Assembly: GCA_963771465.1 (NCBI GenBank)
Contig: CAVYTU010000006.1
Location: 96,001 to 160,000 of the forward strand
Length of the DNA: 64,000 nucleotides
Origin: an uncultured delta proteobacterium
Lineage (GTDB): Bacteria > Desulfobacterota > Binatia > UBA9968
Direction of reading: 5' to 3'
Shown: piece by piece, positions 18,206 through 28,986 of the stretch
Layout: each line of letters begins with the position of its first letter
Position numbering within the stretch: position 1 is the stretch's first letter
Notes under the pieces: generated by a model
Seen by the model: the letters and a program-made list of their open reading frames with translations, nothing else
What the model was told of the DNA's origin: nothing
Databases searched by the model: none
Translations under genes and position numbers: made by a program

Positions 18206-19903
18206 ATGTACGATTTAATCGTTAAAGGCGGGCGCATCTATGACGGTTCCGGCATGCCGTCGTTCACGGCCGACCTGGCCATCAGCAACGGCCGCATCGC
18301 GGCCATCGGCAGGGTCAATGACAAAGGCGCGGAGATCCTCGATGCCGGCGGGCTTGCGGTGGCGCCCGGCATCATCGATTTTCACACCCACTTCGACGCG
18401 CAGATTTGGTGGGATCCTCTGGGGTCATCGTCCAACGAACATGGCGTCAGCACCGTGGTGATGGGCAACTGCGGTTTGACGTTGGCGCCGTGCAAGCCGG
18501 AGAGCCGCGACGCGTTGATCGGGACCTTCGTACGCGTCGAGGGCATGCCGCGCCATGCTTTGCAGGCGGGTATCCCGTGGGAGTGGCGCACGCATGGAGA
18601 TCTTCTCGACGCTCTCAGCCGCAGGCCCCTCGGCCTCAACATCGCCACGCTGGTCGGCCATTGCGCCGTCAGACAATATGCCATGGGCGAAGCGAGCGTC
18701 GAGCGCGAAGCCAGCGACGCGGAGATCAGCCAGATGGAAGAGCTGGTCGGCCAAGGCATGGCGGCGGGCGCGTTTGGTTTTTCGACAAATTCTAACCAAT
18801 CCCACTTCCGCGAAGACGGCAAGCCGGTGCCGAGCCGGTTCGCCAGCCTCGGCGAGGCGGAGCGGCTTTCCCGCGTCGTCGGCGCCAGCCGCTGTGGCGC
18901 GGTGCAATTTACCCATGGCGCCTTCGCGACGCCGGAACATGTGGCAAATATCGGCAAATGGTACGACACGATCCTTAGAGAAACCGGCCGGCCGTTGATC
19001 GGTGAAAGCATCCGGCACCGCTGGGGCGAGCCTGATCTCTGGCGCGATCAGCTTGAAGACGTGGCAGAGCGCTGGCGCCAGGGATATGCCAGTTACGCCA
19101 TGACCTCCACGCGCCGGGCAATGCGGCGTTGGAACTTAAAGGACGGCGAGCGGTTCAAAGAGCTGCCGGAGTGGAAAAGATTGATGTCGTTGACTCTTGA
19201 GTCGCGCAAGGAAGAGCTCGGCAAGGACAGCACGCGGCAAAGGTTGGCGGGGGAAATGGCGTCGGCCAGCCCGGCAACGGATTTATCGCGCCGCTGGCAT
19301 TCCGTTGCCGTCCATCAAGTCAAGCGGGCGGAGCACGGGGACTTTCAAGGCAAAAGCATCGACGAACTTGCCCGCTTGCAGGGAAAAGCGGCCATCGATG
19401 CTTTCCTCGATCTAGCTCTGGCAGAGGGCTTAGAAACCGTCTTCGAGGAATCCAATACGCAGGGCGACGAAAAGGCGGTGCGGGAGATTTTTCAGAGCCC
19501 TTACGTCATGCTCGGCCAGTCAGATGCCGGCGCTCATGTCGCCAGCGGCAATCCGGGATTTGGCTTCGGGACTACGCTATTGGCGTATTGGGTACGTGAG
19601 CGGAAAATCATGACGCTCGAAGACGCCATTAAGAAGTTAACCTTCATGCCGGCATCGATTTTCGGGATTCGTGACCGCGGCTTGCTCAGGCCCGGTATGG
19701 CGGCCGATGTTTTTGTTTTCGATCCAGCCCGCATCGACCTGGAAAAGCCGCGACAAGTGAACGATCTACCGGAAGGCGCGCCGCGCTACGTCCAGAGCGC
19801 CCGGGGCATACACTACAGCATAGTCAACGGTTCGGTGTTGATGCGAGATGGATCGCACACCGGCGCTTATCCGGGACAGGTGCTGCGCAGCCAGGCGGCC
19901 TAA
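18206..19903 (+). CDS. N-acyl-D-amino-acid deacylase family amidohydrolase
   Basis: GGRIYDGSG, PGIIDFHTHFD, VMGNCG, SDAGAH, RGLLRPGMAAD; AGGAGG RBS. Confidence 0.9.
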   Translation: MYDLIVKGGRIYDGSGMPSFTADLAISNGRIAAIGRVNDKGAEILDAGGLAVAPGIIDFHTHFDAQIWWDPLGSSSNEHGVSTVVMGNCGLTLAPCKPESRDALIGTFVRVEGMPRHALQAGIPWEWRTHGDLLDALSRRPLGLNIATLVGHCAVRQYAMGEASVEREASDAEISQMEELVGQGMAAGAFGFSTNSNQSHFREDGKPVPSRFASLGEAERLSRVVGASRCGAVQFTHGAFATPEHVANIGKWYDTILRETGRPLIGESIRHRWGEPDLWRDQLEDVAERWRQGYASYAMTSTRRAMRRWNLKDGERFKELPEWKRLMSLTLESRKEELGKDSTRQRLAGEMASASPATDLSRRWHSVAVHQVKRAEHGDFQGKSIDELARLQGKAAIDAFLDLALAEGLETVFEESNTQGDEKAVREIFQSPYVMLGQSDAGAHVASGNPGFGFGTTLLAYWVRERKIMTLEDAIKKLTFMPASIFGIRDRGLLRPGMAADVFVFDPARIDLEKPRQVNDLPEGAPRYVQSARGIHYSIVNGSVLMRDGSHTGAYPGQVLRSQAA

Positions 19904-19923
19904 CAGCACGCATCGCGGCATGG

Positions 19924-19950
19924 CCGCGCCGAGGCGGGTGCTCGGCGCGG
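19924..19950. terminator. GC-rich hairpin between convergent genes
   Basis: Perfect 10-bp stem ccgcgccgag/ctcggcgcgg with a 7-nt loop; no U-tract. Confidence 0.45.
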
Positions 19951-19969
19951 TCGTCGCTGCTAGCTAGTT

Positions 19970-21091
19970 TCAGTTTCGTTCTGCTTTGGGAAAGCCGTAG
20001 GCCTCAAAGACTTTGGTCATCCATGACTCGATGTTGTGATGGTTTTCCCAAGTGACCAAGGAGAGTTTTTTCCCCTTCAGTTCTTGCTCGACCGCTCCGC
20101 CGCGAAAATAGCGCGACGACCCAACAGGCTCGTGTTCATCGGCTAGTTTCTGCGACTCAGCGCTCGCCATCCACTCCAGCCACAAAAGCGCAGCGTGCGG
20201 GTTCTGAGCGCTTGCTAGAATCGCCTGCTCCGAATGAAAATAAACCGGAGCAGGCTCCAAGGTAACGTATTGCAACACGCCCGCCCGGTCTTTGATCTGG
20301 GCCCGCTTCACGCTGTGAAACATCGTGCCGATCATCATCGGGATCTCGCCCGCTATCATCCCTGTCACGGTTCGGGTCACCCCCTGAACCCAGATGGGTT
20401 GCTGCGCCGCCAGTTTGCGCGCAAAGTCGAGAGTCTTTTCCAGACCCCACGCCGGCACCATGCAAGCAAGCCATCTGGGACCTATGTCCACAGCAAACTT
20501 TTTGCCCCTGAATTCAGGTTTAACGAAGTCTTCCCAAGCTTTGGGAACCTGGTCCGCGGGCACGAGGTTCTTGTTGTAAGCGCTGACGATAAGCCGGCTA
20601 TAGAAGGCAGCGATGTTACGGTTTTGCGGATCTATCATGGGCGTCGGAATCTGCAGCACTCCTTGCTCGGCCATACGGAGAAGGTCGACTTTCCATAAAT
20701 AGGGCAGGTATTCGCTATAAAAGTCTCTACTTGTATACGCGACGTCCCACTCACGCGTGGCCTGGCCGCTTTTAATCTCCAAGACGTTGCGCTGAATCAT
20801 AGCGGAACCGGTAATTTCCCGCGCATGGACATCAATGAACGGATACTTTTGAGTGAATACCTTGGCGGCCGCCTTGAGGGTGGGTACGTCCATGTTGACT
20901 AAAAGACGCAGTTTCCCCTCTTTCTTGGCCTTGGCGATGATCTCGTCGCGACTACTAAAAGATACCATCCCCTTGGCTTCGCCCTCTTGCTTCGCCTTCG
21001 ATGCTGCTGGACCGGCTTCACCGGCAAAAACACTGGAGACGCTCAAACATCCCAAAACGATTGAAAGCGTGATTGTAATCATAGCTCCCAT
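19970..21091 (-). CDS. ABC transporter extracellular solute-binding protein
   Basis: Close paralog of 3211-4320, with long identical peptides such as VPAWGLEKTLDFARKLAAQ. Confidence 0.85.
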   Translation of the reverse strand: MGAMITITLSIVLGCLSVSSVFAGEAGPAASKAKQEGEAKGMVSFSSRDEIIAKAKKEGKLRLLVNMDVPTLKAAAKVFTQKYPFIDVHAREITGSAMIQRNVLEIKSGQATREWDVAYTSRDFYSEYLPYLWKVDLLRMAEQGVLQIPTPMIDPQNRNIAAFYSRLIVSAYNKNLVPADQVPKAWEDFVKPEFRGKKFAVDIGPRWLACMVPAWGLEKTLDFARKLAAQQPIWVQGVTRTVTGMIAGEIPMMIGTMFHSVKRAQIKDRAGVLQYVTLEPAPVYFHSEQAILASAQNPHAALLWLEWMASAESQKLADEHEPVGSSRYFRGGAVEQELKGKKLSLVTWENHHNIESWMTKVFEAYGFPKAERN

Positions 21092-21490
21092 CGCACTTTA
21101 CTCCCTGTCAGTAAAATTCCGAGCAGAAACCGCGACTCATCCCGCCAACCCATTTCGTCAGCTCGTGTTGCCCTGGCTATCACACCCGCGGAAGCACCGT
21201 CAACGAGACGAGACCGCTTCTGAAGATTCAGAGTCGCCTACCGCAGACGTCTCGCACTGCGCGTTGAATAGAGTCCACCTCAGCAACTTGACAAGGATGT
21301 TACAGTTTTCGAAGACGGCCCTGGCGCTGTGACAGCGATACTGCATCAGAGAACGGAAGGCCGAGCGCCGCATAGATTTCGCAACGACGTTCAGCCACCG
21401 AAAGTACCGTCATTCCGATGCAGCTACTATGATCGCGCTGGACTCACAGAGCGCTGCGCACGCACAGAGGAAATTTCATTGAACCAATCG

Positions 21491-21708
21491 ATCGTCGAAG
21501 CATCGACCGAAACACCGTGCTTTGGACCTGTGCCGGCACTCATCAGAACCGCTACAAACTCGTAGAGGTCGAGGACTGCACGATCGTACATCGCGAGAAA
21601 GAGCCGCCGGGAGCCAAGGAAGGCGCGCTGCGAATTATCCGCAACGTTTTGAAAGGCGAGGTGTTGCCGTTAGCAGCGATCAAAGAAAAATACCTCAAGC
21701 CAAAATAA
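21491..21708 (+). pseudogene. Duplicated 3' fragment of the isochorismatase gene at 55069-55635
   Basis: Near-identical DNA to about 55414-55632; encodes HQNRYK..VEDCTIVHREKEPPGAKEGALRIIRNVLKGEVLPLAAIK.KYLKPK; no 5' part. Confidence 0.85.
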
Positions 21709-21739
21709 CGCATCACGTTCTCCAAGCCGGTCGCGTTCA

Positions 21740-22840
21740 TCAGCTAGCGACTTCTATTTGTTCAAGGATGGCGTCCCCCATGGCCGCTGTGCTCATCACT
21801 GGATGCTCCCCCACTGCAATATCAGCGGTTCGGTGGCCTGACTGCAACGCACCGACTACCGCGTCCTCAATGACCCTAGCCTCGGCGTCCCACCCCAGAG
21901 AGTGACGTAGCAACATGGCGGCGCTCAGGATAGCTCCTATGGGGTTAGCAGTGTCCGGCCTTGATGGAGGCGTCGTGCCGCGCGTGGGCTCGTAGAGTCC
22001 TATCGGTCGGCCCGTGGTTTTTCGCAGCGGGCCCAGAGTGCCGCCCGGCAGGAGACCATGCGATCCGGTGAGCGCGCCCGCCACGTCCTGCAGGATATAG
22101 CCGAATAGATTCTCAGCGACGATGACGTCGAACCGGCGCGGCTCAGTCATAAGGCCAACCGCACAGTTATCGACGAGCATGTGCTCGAGCTCGACATCGG
22201 AGTATTCGAGCGCCAACTCGTTGGCAATTTCGCGCCAGAGTTTTGAAGTCACCAGCACATTAGCTTTATCGACCGATGTGAGATGACTGCGTCGGTTGCG
22301 AGCCAACTCAAAAGCGAGCCGTATCACCCGCTTGATTTCCTGTTCGGTATAGGCCGTCGTATCGACGGCCTTTCGGCCCTTTTGCGTTTGCCACAGCCTG
22401 CGGGGTCGACCGAAATAGACTCCGCTTGCCACCTCGCGAACCAGGAGCAAATCAACACCTTGGACGACATTCGGCTTAAGCGTAGACAGGTCAAGAATTT
22501 GCGGGTAAATGCGAACTGGGCGCAGATTGGCGTAAAGGTTTAGCTCCTGACGGAGCTTGAGAAGCGCTTGCGCGGGATGGACGCGCAAACGGGGATCTTG
22601 CCATCGCGGTCCGGAAGCGCCACCACCCAGTAAGAGGGCGTCAGCACGCTGCGCTAAATCCAAGGTTTCAGCGGGCAACGGATCGCCACAAGCGTCGATC
22701 GCCAAAGCACCGTAGAGTGCTGTTTCAATCTGTAGCTCATGGCCGAAGCGTTTGGCTGTTGCCTCCAGAACCCTGGCTGCTTGCGCGGTGACCTCAGACC
22801 CACCGGAGTCGCCGGGCAACACCGCCACGATCGTTTTCAA
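21740..22840 (-). CDS. 3-isopropylmalate dehydrogenase-like beta-decarboxylating dehydrogenase (divergent LeuB paralog)
   Basis: LPGDSGGSEV, LYANLRP, VRE..GVYFG, VDKANV, VDN, ANPIGAILSAAMLL; TTG start; several catalytic motifs altered. Confidence 0.8.
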   Translation of the reverse strand: MKTIVAVLPGDSGGSEVTAQAARVLEATAKRFGHELQIETALYGALAIDACGDPLPAETLDLAQRADALLLGGGASGPRWQDPRLRVHPAQALLKLRQELNLYANLRPVRIYPQILDLSTLKPNVVQGVDLLLVREVASGVYFGRPRRLWQTQKGRKAVDTTAYTEQEIKRVIRLAFELARNRRSHLTSVDKANVLVTSKLWREIANELALEYSDVELEHMLVDNCAVGLMTEPRRFDVIVAENLFGYILQDVAGALTGSHGLLPGGTLGPLRKTTGRPIGLYEPTRGTTPPSRPDTANPIGAILSAAMLLRHSLGWDAEARVIEDAVVGALQSGHRTADIAVGEHPVMSTAAMGDAILEQIEVAS

Positions 22841-22884
22841 AGCAAGTCTTCCTTCTTTTCTCGCGAATCTTTTTAGGCGCCCGA

Positions 22885-23916
22885 CTACGGCAGGGCAAAG
22901 ATTTTTTTGTACAGGCCCACCACTTCATCGAATCTCTCTTCCATCGAAATATCATTCACGAACACCTCCGAACTCTGCGAAACGCACGAGTCGGAGCCGC
23001 CGATCCCAGGACGTGCCGGCGCGGCTTGTTCTTTTAAGAGCGTCTGTCCCTCGGCGGATAACAGGTAATCCGTGAACAGTGCCGCGGCATTAGGATGGGG
23101 AGCCTGGCTTGCTATCGCTACCGGAAGCACGTTAACGGTCACCGGCTTCGGTGCCGTCCAAGCTACGGGAGCGCCTGCGCGCTTGAGCTTATCGAGCTGT
23201 TCGGGCCGCGCATTGACGAGGATGGCAAATTCTCCGGCGGCCAGCAGGTTCGCCATGAGCGCATTACCACTTCTAAATTGGATCTGCTGATTCGCCAGCT
23301 TCTTCATGAAGGCAAGGCCTTTCTCTCTTCCCATCGCTTCAAGGAGGCCGTCGAACCATATGTACTGCTTGTCATCCAAACCCATTTTGCCGCGCCACTT
23401 GGGGTCCAGGAGATCCTCATAATTTCTCGGTGCTTCTGTTCGCGCGAGCAGTTTTGTGTTGTAACCGATCACGTTACAAAAAATATAGGTGGCGATCCAA
23501 TGTCCGTTAGGATCCCGGAATTTGCTTGGGTAGGTTTTGCTTTCCGGTGACGCATATTTTTTCGTTAGTCCCTTTTTACTGATAATGTCGACTGTGTAGC
23601 CGTTGGCTTGAATGACGTCTACGGAGTGTCTACCGGCCTGAGCTTCAATCACAATCCTTTGCAGCAAGGCGGCGCTTCTTGTCGTGTAGAACTGGGGAGA
23701 AAGAAATGGATACTTCCTGCGAAATGCGTCAAATAATCTATTGACGTCGGGAACGTTCATAGAAGTATAAAGCATAACCGTTCCTTCTTTCTTGGCGCCC
23801 TCCACGAGTTTAATTGTATGAGAGTCCTGAGCCGATGACCAAGACGCACCTACGGCCAGGAAGCAGAGACTCAAAAGGAAAATTCCTAAAGCCCTTTTGC
23901 CATACGATTTTTTCAT
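22885..23916 (-). CDS. ABC transporter extracellular solute-binding protein
   Basis: EGAKKEG, YNTKL..PRNYEDLLDPKWRG, APHPNAAALF. Confidence 0.85.
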   Translation of the reverse strand: MKKSYGKRALGIFLLSLCFLAVGASWSSAQDSHTIKLVEGAKKEGTVMLYTSMNVPDVNRLFDAFRRKYPFLSPQFYTTRSAALLQRIVIEAQAGRHSVDVIQANGYTVDIISKKGLTKKYASPESKTYPSKFRDPNGHWIATYIFCNVIGYNTKLLARTEAPRNYEDLLDPKWRGKMGLDDKQYIWFDGLLEAMGREKGLAFMKKLANQQIQFRSGNALMANLLAAGEFAILVNARPEQLDKLKRAGAPVAWTAPKPVTVNVLPVAIASQAPHPNAAALFTDYLLSAEGQTLLKEQAAPARPGIGGSDSCVSQSSEVFVNDISMEERFDEVVGLYKKIFALP

Positions 23917-23941
23917 TGTCGTGTCTGCAATTCAGAATCCA

Positions 23942-25072
23942 TCAAGGTGCCAAACGATACTTTTTGAATTTGTCTGGATCGATTTCGCTTCCCAGGCCGG
24001 GACGATCTGGAACCGACAAATTGATCCGACTTAGATCCAGCGGCTCCCGTACCACGTCATCACTGCTTTTCAGGAGACCTACGAACTCACAGGGACTGAG
24101 CAAGTTTGGGGCAGACGCGGCCGTATGTATTTCCGCAAGAGCACCAGTGGTGAGCGAGCCGCTATGGCCAAGCGTTGCCGGAATCCCTGCCGCCTCCGCT
24201 ATGCGCAACATCTGCGAAGTCTTATAGATGCCGCCGTTCACCTGGACGCTTAGCTTGACGATGTCGGCGGCTTGGGCTCGAATCACCCGAATCAAATCCT
24301 CGGCAGTAATGCACGATTCATCCGCCATCAAACGCACTGGCACCCTTTGACGAAGCCAGGCCATGCCTTCAAGGTCCGCTCCGGCGATGGGATCCTCGTA
24401 GTGAAAAATGTTGTAACGCTCCAATCGCTTGAGAGACTGTAACGCTTCATCGCGAGAATAGATGCAATTGGCATCGACACGCAGCACGGTTTTATCGCCA
24501 ACGGCGCTGCGGACAGCGCGCACTATCTCTTCGTCTTTCTCCGGCCCAAATCCCACCTTTACCTTAAGCGTGTCGAAACCGGAGTCGACATAGGCTTTTG
24601 CCTTTTGGCTATACTCCTCCGCGGTTGAAGCCATCACCCAACCGAGGATCGGGATAGCGTCATGAATCTTTCCTCCGACAAGTTTCCAAACCGGGACTCC
24701 AAGGGCTTTTCCCATTAGATCATAGGCGGCAGTTTCTATGGCTGCCTTGAGTCTCTGATGGCCGGTGATGGCGGCGTCCATCTGGCGATGCATGAGCGCG
24801 AAATTTCCCACTTCCGTGCCGATAACTGCTGGCGCCAGGATCCGATCGATCGTCTCGGTCATCTGAGCGGCCCCAAGACCGTCGCGCTGCGGCGAAACGC
24901 CGACCTCTCCCCAACCCTCTTGACCACCCCGGCCGCGCACGCGAACAAAAAGACTCGTCTGTGAATCGCTCGACCGCCCATGGCTGCGTCGGCTATCCGA
25001 AAGGATCTGCTTGTAGGGGATCCGGATTATGAAAGCTTCGACGCCTGCAAAGATCTCAATGGGAGTCATCAT
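23942..25072 (-). CDS. Enolase superfamily enzyme, muconate-lactonizing enzyme / dipeptide epimerase subgroup
   Basis: GWGE, DLMGKALGVPVWKLVGG, KVK, RVDAN, EDP, ADES, second Lys in IVKL; start uncertain (25072 or 25102). Confidence 0.88.
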   Translation of the reverse strand: MMTPIEIFAGVEAFIIRIPYKQILSDSRRSHGRSSDSQTSLFVRVRGRGGQEGWGEVGVSPQRDGLGAAQMTETIDRILAPAVIGTEVGNFALMHRQMDAAITGHQRLKAAIETAAYDLMGKALGVPVWKLVGGKIHDAIPILGWVMASTAEEYSQKAKAYVDSGFDTLKVKVGFGPEKDEEIVRAVRSAVGDKTVLRVDANCIYSRDEALQSLKRLERYNIFHYEDPIAGADLEGMAWLRQRVPVRLMADESCITAEDLIRVIRAQAADIVKLSVQVNGGIYKTSQMLRIAEAAGIPATLGHSGSLTTGALAEIHTAASAPNLLSPCEFVGLLKSSDDVVREPLDLSRINLSVPDRPGLGSEIDPDKFKKYRLAP

Positions 25073-25520
25073 AGGTGTATCAATTCCACACGCGCCCGGC
25101 ACTAAGAATGAAACCAGCGCATGCGTTTTAACGCAAAAAAACGAGCGCTCAGCCTCTCGGTTACTCTATTTATGCAATCTTGTATCATCGAATCAATGGC
25201 TTGTCCTGAGCCGACCCAGAGGTGATAGTGCTGGGTTTTCTTTCTACGGCGAAGTAACGTTTCGAAAAGCAAATAAACAAAGGCTGACATCTTTGCCTTT
25301 ATCCGTGAGTGAGTAACCTAGTCAGCAAACGACTTGTTAGGATTGATCCTTCTTGTCGGTAGAAATTAGCACTCGCTGATTGGCATTCTGTTCTGGTTTC
25401 AACTAATTTTGACGTCCAGTGACACCTATTCGACGACAAATTTGACATTTCGACATCCTACACAAGAGAAATTCTCAGTGTTTTCTCATCACGCCATTCC
25501 CTTCTCGGTCAGGACCTAGC

Positions 25521-25536
25521 TGGCATCCAGATTGCT
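25521..25536 (+). promoter_or_regulatory. Sigma-54 promoter
   Basis: TGGCAT-CCAGA-TTGCT is close to the TGGCAC-N5-TTGCW consensus, about 120 bp upstream of the small ORF at 25659. Confidence 0.65.
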
Positions 25537-25658
25537 GTTAGTTTTCCGTAGAACGCGATCCGGAAGGGAAGCGGAGCCAAAAATCATAAAGGAGCCTATT
25601 GGCTCAAATAGCAATGTTGGCTGCGACGCAAACAAATTTGGAGAAGAGGACCGACACA

Positions 25659-25805
25659 ATGAAAGCCGAGATCGACGACGGATGTACTTGCCCACGCTGC
25701 AACGACCACATTCCGGCGCAATTCTACTGCAGACACTGCGGTTACGTGCCGAACTGGCGGCAGATAACGTCCGAGGAATACCAAGTATGCAGGGAAGCCG
25801 CGTAG
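25659..25805 (+). CDS. Small zinc-ribbon-like protein (48 aa)
   Basis: GAGGA RBS; CPRC-x10-CRHC. Confidence 0.6.
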   Translation: MKAEIDDGCTCPRCNDHIPAQFYCRHCGYVPNWRQITSEEYQVCREAA

Positions 25806-26099
25806 GGTGACCATTGAAGCGCCTGTCAGAATTTTGAAGAAGCCGTGAAAGCTCCCCCCGTCAGATAAATTCCAATCGACTCTTTAGGCTCAACACAAAC
25901 TGCTGTCGCATGATTGCGACTAGTTCTAGCTTTGCTTCTTTGATTACTTCGCATCCACAAACTTATTGCCCGTCTTATAAAAAACTACTAAACAAAGCCT
26001 GATACATTGTTGTCATATCCCGCTACACCGCCAGCGGAATATGACAGCGCGCGGAACTTGCTAAAAGTCGGGTAATGCTTGGTGGGAATTGCAGGCAAC

Positions 26100-27258
26100 A
26101 TGACCGAACAGCGCGAGCGAATGATGAGTGCCTTCAAGACTCGCTTTGTGCCGGCTCTCCGGGAGCGCGGGTTCGTCGGTTCCTTCCCTCATTTCCGCCG
26201 ACTACTGCCGGAACGCGTCGACTATCTGATGGTGCAATTCTACAGCGTAGGCGGCAGCTTCGTAGTCGAGATCGGACGGACCGGTCCTCAGGGCTTCACT
26301 GACGGGCCGTGGAAGGAGTTGCCAGTCGACAAGATCAATGTTGGCCACATCTACAATGACAGGCGACAGCTGACGCCGCGCGACGCGCATGGCGGCTGGC
26401 GTGGTGCGGACTGGTTCAAGTTCGGCCCGCGCAGCTACGATCGGCCGCAGCCGGTCAAGCCGCAGGAATTTTACGATGCCATCGCCGATCAGGCGCTGGC
26501 GATCTTCATCGCCACGGGCGAGCCATGGCTCGCGCGGCCGGAGCCGCTCGATTCCGGTGCGGCTCGTCCGAAGCCTGAGGGTCCGGCTCCTTGGCCGTTC
26601 GGCGATGGGCCGTTCGCCCGCTTCGCAACCATTTTTCCCTGGAATCGGCCGAGCATGCAGATCGCCTGCCTGCTCGCCGGTCCGGAGCCGCCGGCTCTAT
26701 CGTTGGGAAACCTGGCGCAAGATCGTTGCGCCGATGACTGAACTCGCCGACCTTCTGCCACGGCCGACGTCGATCCGCTCTTTCCAGCACCGGCCCGGCG
26801 AGTCGAAATGGCTGCCCTTCGGCCGCTTGTCCTGGAGCGAGGGCAGCAACCGCAAATGGACCAGCGACTATTTAGAAAAGCCTGAGCCAGTTGAGTTCGA
26901 GGCGACCGAGATTTGGTCGCCAAGCCGCAGCACCTGGGCCGAAGAAGGCAAGAACCCCGAGCTCTACGCCAAGATCGACAACAACGCCGTGTCGGAGACG
27001 CAAGGTTTCATCCTCGCGCTGCGCCGCGACGTGCTGAAGTCGTCTCCCGCCATCGCCGAGGCCGCTGGCCACGTGATTGACGCCGTCGCGGCCGCCTTGC
27101 CCGACGCGCGCCGCGCAGTCTTCGACCGAGGCTGGAACGAGAAGCGGGTGTTCGGCGTCATCGCCCAAAACCCGCTCGACTACACCGGCTCACAAGAAGT
27201 GATGGCGTGGGCCGAGGCGCATCCCTGGACGCACGTCGCCTCGTTCACCGCGAAGTAG
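26100..27258 (+). pseudogene. DUF4304-like N-terminal domain fused to an unknown domain, split by a +1 frameshift near 26692
   Basis: VPALRERGFVGSFPHFRR..QF..GGSFVVEI; reading continues LLAGPEPP/LYRWETWRKIVAP in the next frame. Confidence 0.55.
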
Positions 27259-27629
27259 AGTTTACTCGCGTAGGGGCGCGCGCCAGCGCACTGGACACCT
27301 TTGCGCCAAAAATAAATTTTTGATTCGTGAGTAACGCCTGTCCGCAGTCTTCAGGCACGATTCGCATGATGCGAGCTGAAAAAAAATCATTCGCCGGCTG
27401 CTCTCCGGGAGCGCGGGTTTGTGACCACGACGCCTTTGGTATTCGACTAGCGACCGGTGCCAATGCGACTGCGCGCGTCGGTCGGCTTGTTGCCGTTGTC
27501 GGGATCCAGCTCAGCGCTCAAGTAGGCGCGCCAGGTCTTATTGTAAAATCAAAACAGAACTAGATCGATGGAGCGAAATTGTTAAGCTTGTAAAGGCTGG
27601 CTGCAATGCCGAGCGTTAGTCGGATTAGT

Positions 27630-28986
27630 GATGAAGAAAGACACAGCCGAGGTTCTGTCGATCGACGGACGCGAGGTCCGTGTAACCCACCCCGACAAGC
27701 CGTATTTTTCCAAGCAGACGAAGCTCTCGAAACTCGATCTCGTGCGCTACTATCTGTCGGTCGCGCCGGGCGCTCTCGCTGGAATCCGGGATCGTCCGAT
27801 GGTTCTCAAGCGCTTCGTCGACGGCGCCGAAGGCGAGGCGTTCTATCAGAAGCGCGCGCCCGCCAAGCGGCCGGCGTGGTTGCGAACCGTTACGCTGTCA
27901 TTCCCATCGGGCCGCAAAGCGGAGGAGGTCGTCGTCGATGACGCGGCGGGGCTCGCCTGGATCGTGAACCTGGGCTGCATCGAGCTCCATCCGCACCCCG
28001 TGCGCTCCGGCGATCTCGAGCACCCGGACGAGTTGCGCGTCGATCTCGATCCAGGTCCTGGCGTCGCATGGGAGGACGTGCGCCGTGTCGCTCTCGAGGT
28101 GAAATCGTTTCTCGAAGAGATGGGGCTTCGCGGCTGGCCGAAGACGAGCGGTTCGCGGGGAATGCACGTGAATGTGCGGATCGAACCGCGCTGGACGTTC
28201 GTCGAGGTGCGCCGCGCCGCGCTCGCGTTATCGCGCGCAGTCGAGCGGCGTGTGCCGGCGCTGGCCAGCTCGAAGTGGTGGAAGGAGGAGCGCCACGGCG
28301 TGTTCCTCGACTACAACCAGAACGCCAAGGACCGCACGACCTGCTCTGCCTATTCCGTGCGCCCGCTTCCCGACGCCCGCGTGTCCACGCCGCTTCACTG
28401 GCATGAGGTCCCCGACTGCGACCCGGCCGACTTCACCGTGCTCACGGTTCCCAAGCGCTTCGCGGAGCTCGGCGATCCGCACGCAGGCATGGACGCCGCG
28501 CCAGGTTCGCTCGAAAAGCTGCTCGAGCTCGCGGCGGAAGACGAGGCGGCAGGTCTCGGCGACGCGCCCTGGCCTCCGCACTTTCGTAAGATGGAGGGCG
28601 AAGCGCCGCGCGTCGCGCCTTCGCGCGCCCGCTCGGCGGCGAAGAAACCATCCGCGAAGAAGCCGCGCACCAAGGCGCCGCTTCTGGTGGTCGCGAACTC
28701 TCCGGACAAAGAAGCGGCGCTCGCCGGTCTGGAAAGGTGGAAGAGTAAACATCCCGAAGTGGCCGCGCTTCTCGCCGTGGACGACGTGCTGGTCGACTCC
28801 ATGCGCGGCAGGTCGTCCACCTGGACCCGCATCCGAGTGAACCTGCGAAATGTGCCCGAAGAGTTGCGCCCGCCGCAGGAAACTCCCGACCCGGATGACG
28901 ATCCAACGCGTGAATGGCGTAACCGAGCGCAAGCGTTCGAAGTTCAAGCATTCAGAGTTCATAGGCTGGAGAATTCAGCGACCTAA
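27630..28986 (+). CDS. Stand-alone LigD-type primase/polymerase domain protein (Prim-PolC-like)
   Basis: THPDK, KLDLVRYY, KRFVDG, FYQKR, ELRVDLDP, KTSGSRGMH, FLDYNQN..T..AYSVRP; start codon near 27628-27631. Confidence 0.88.
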
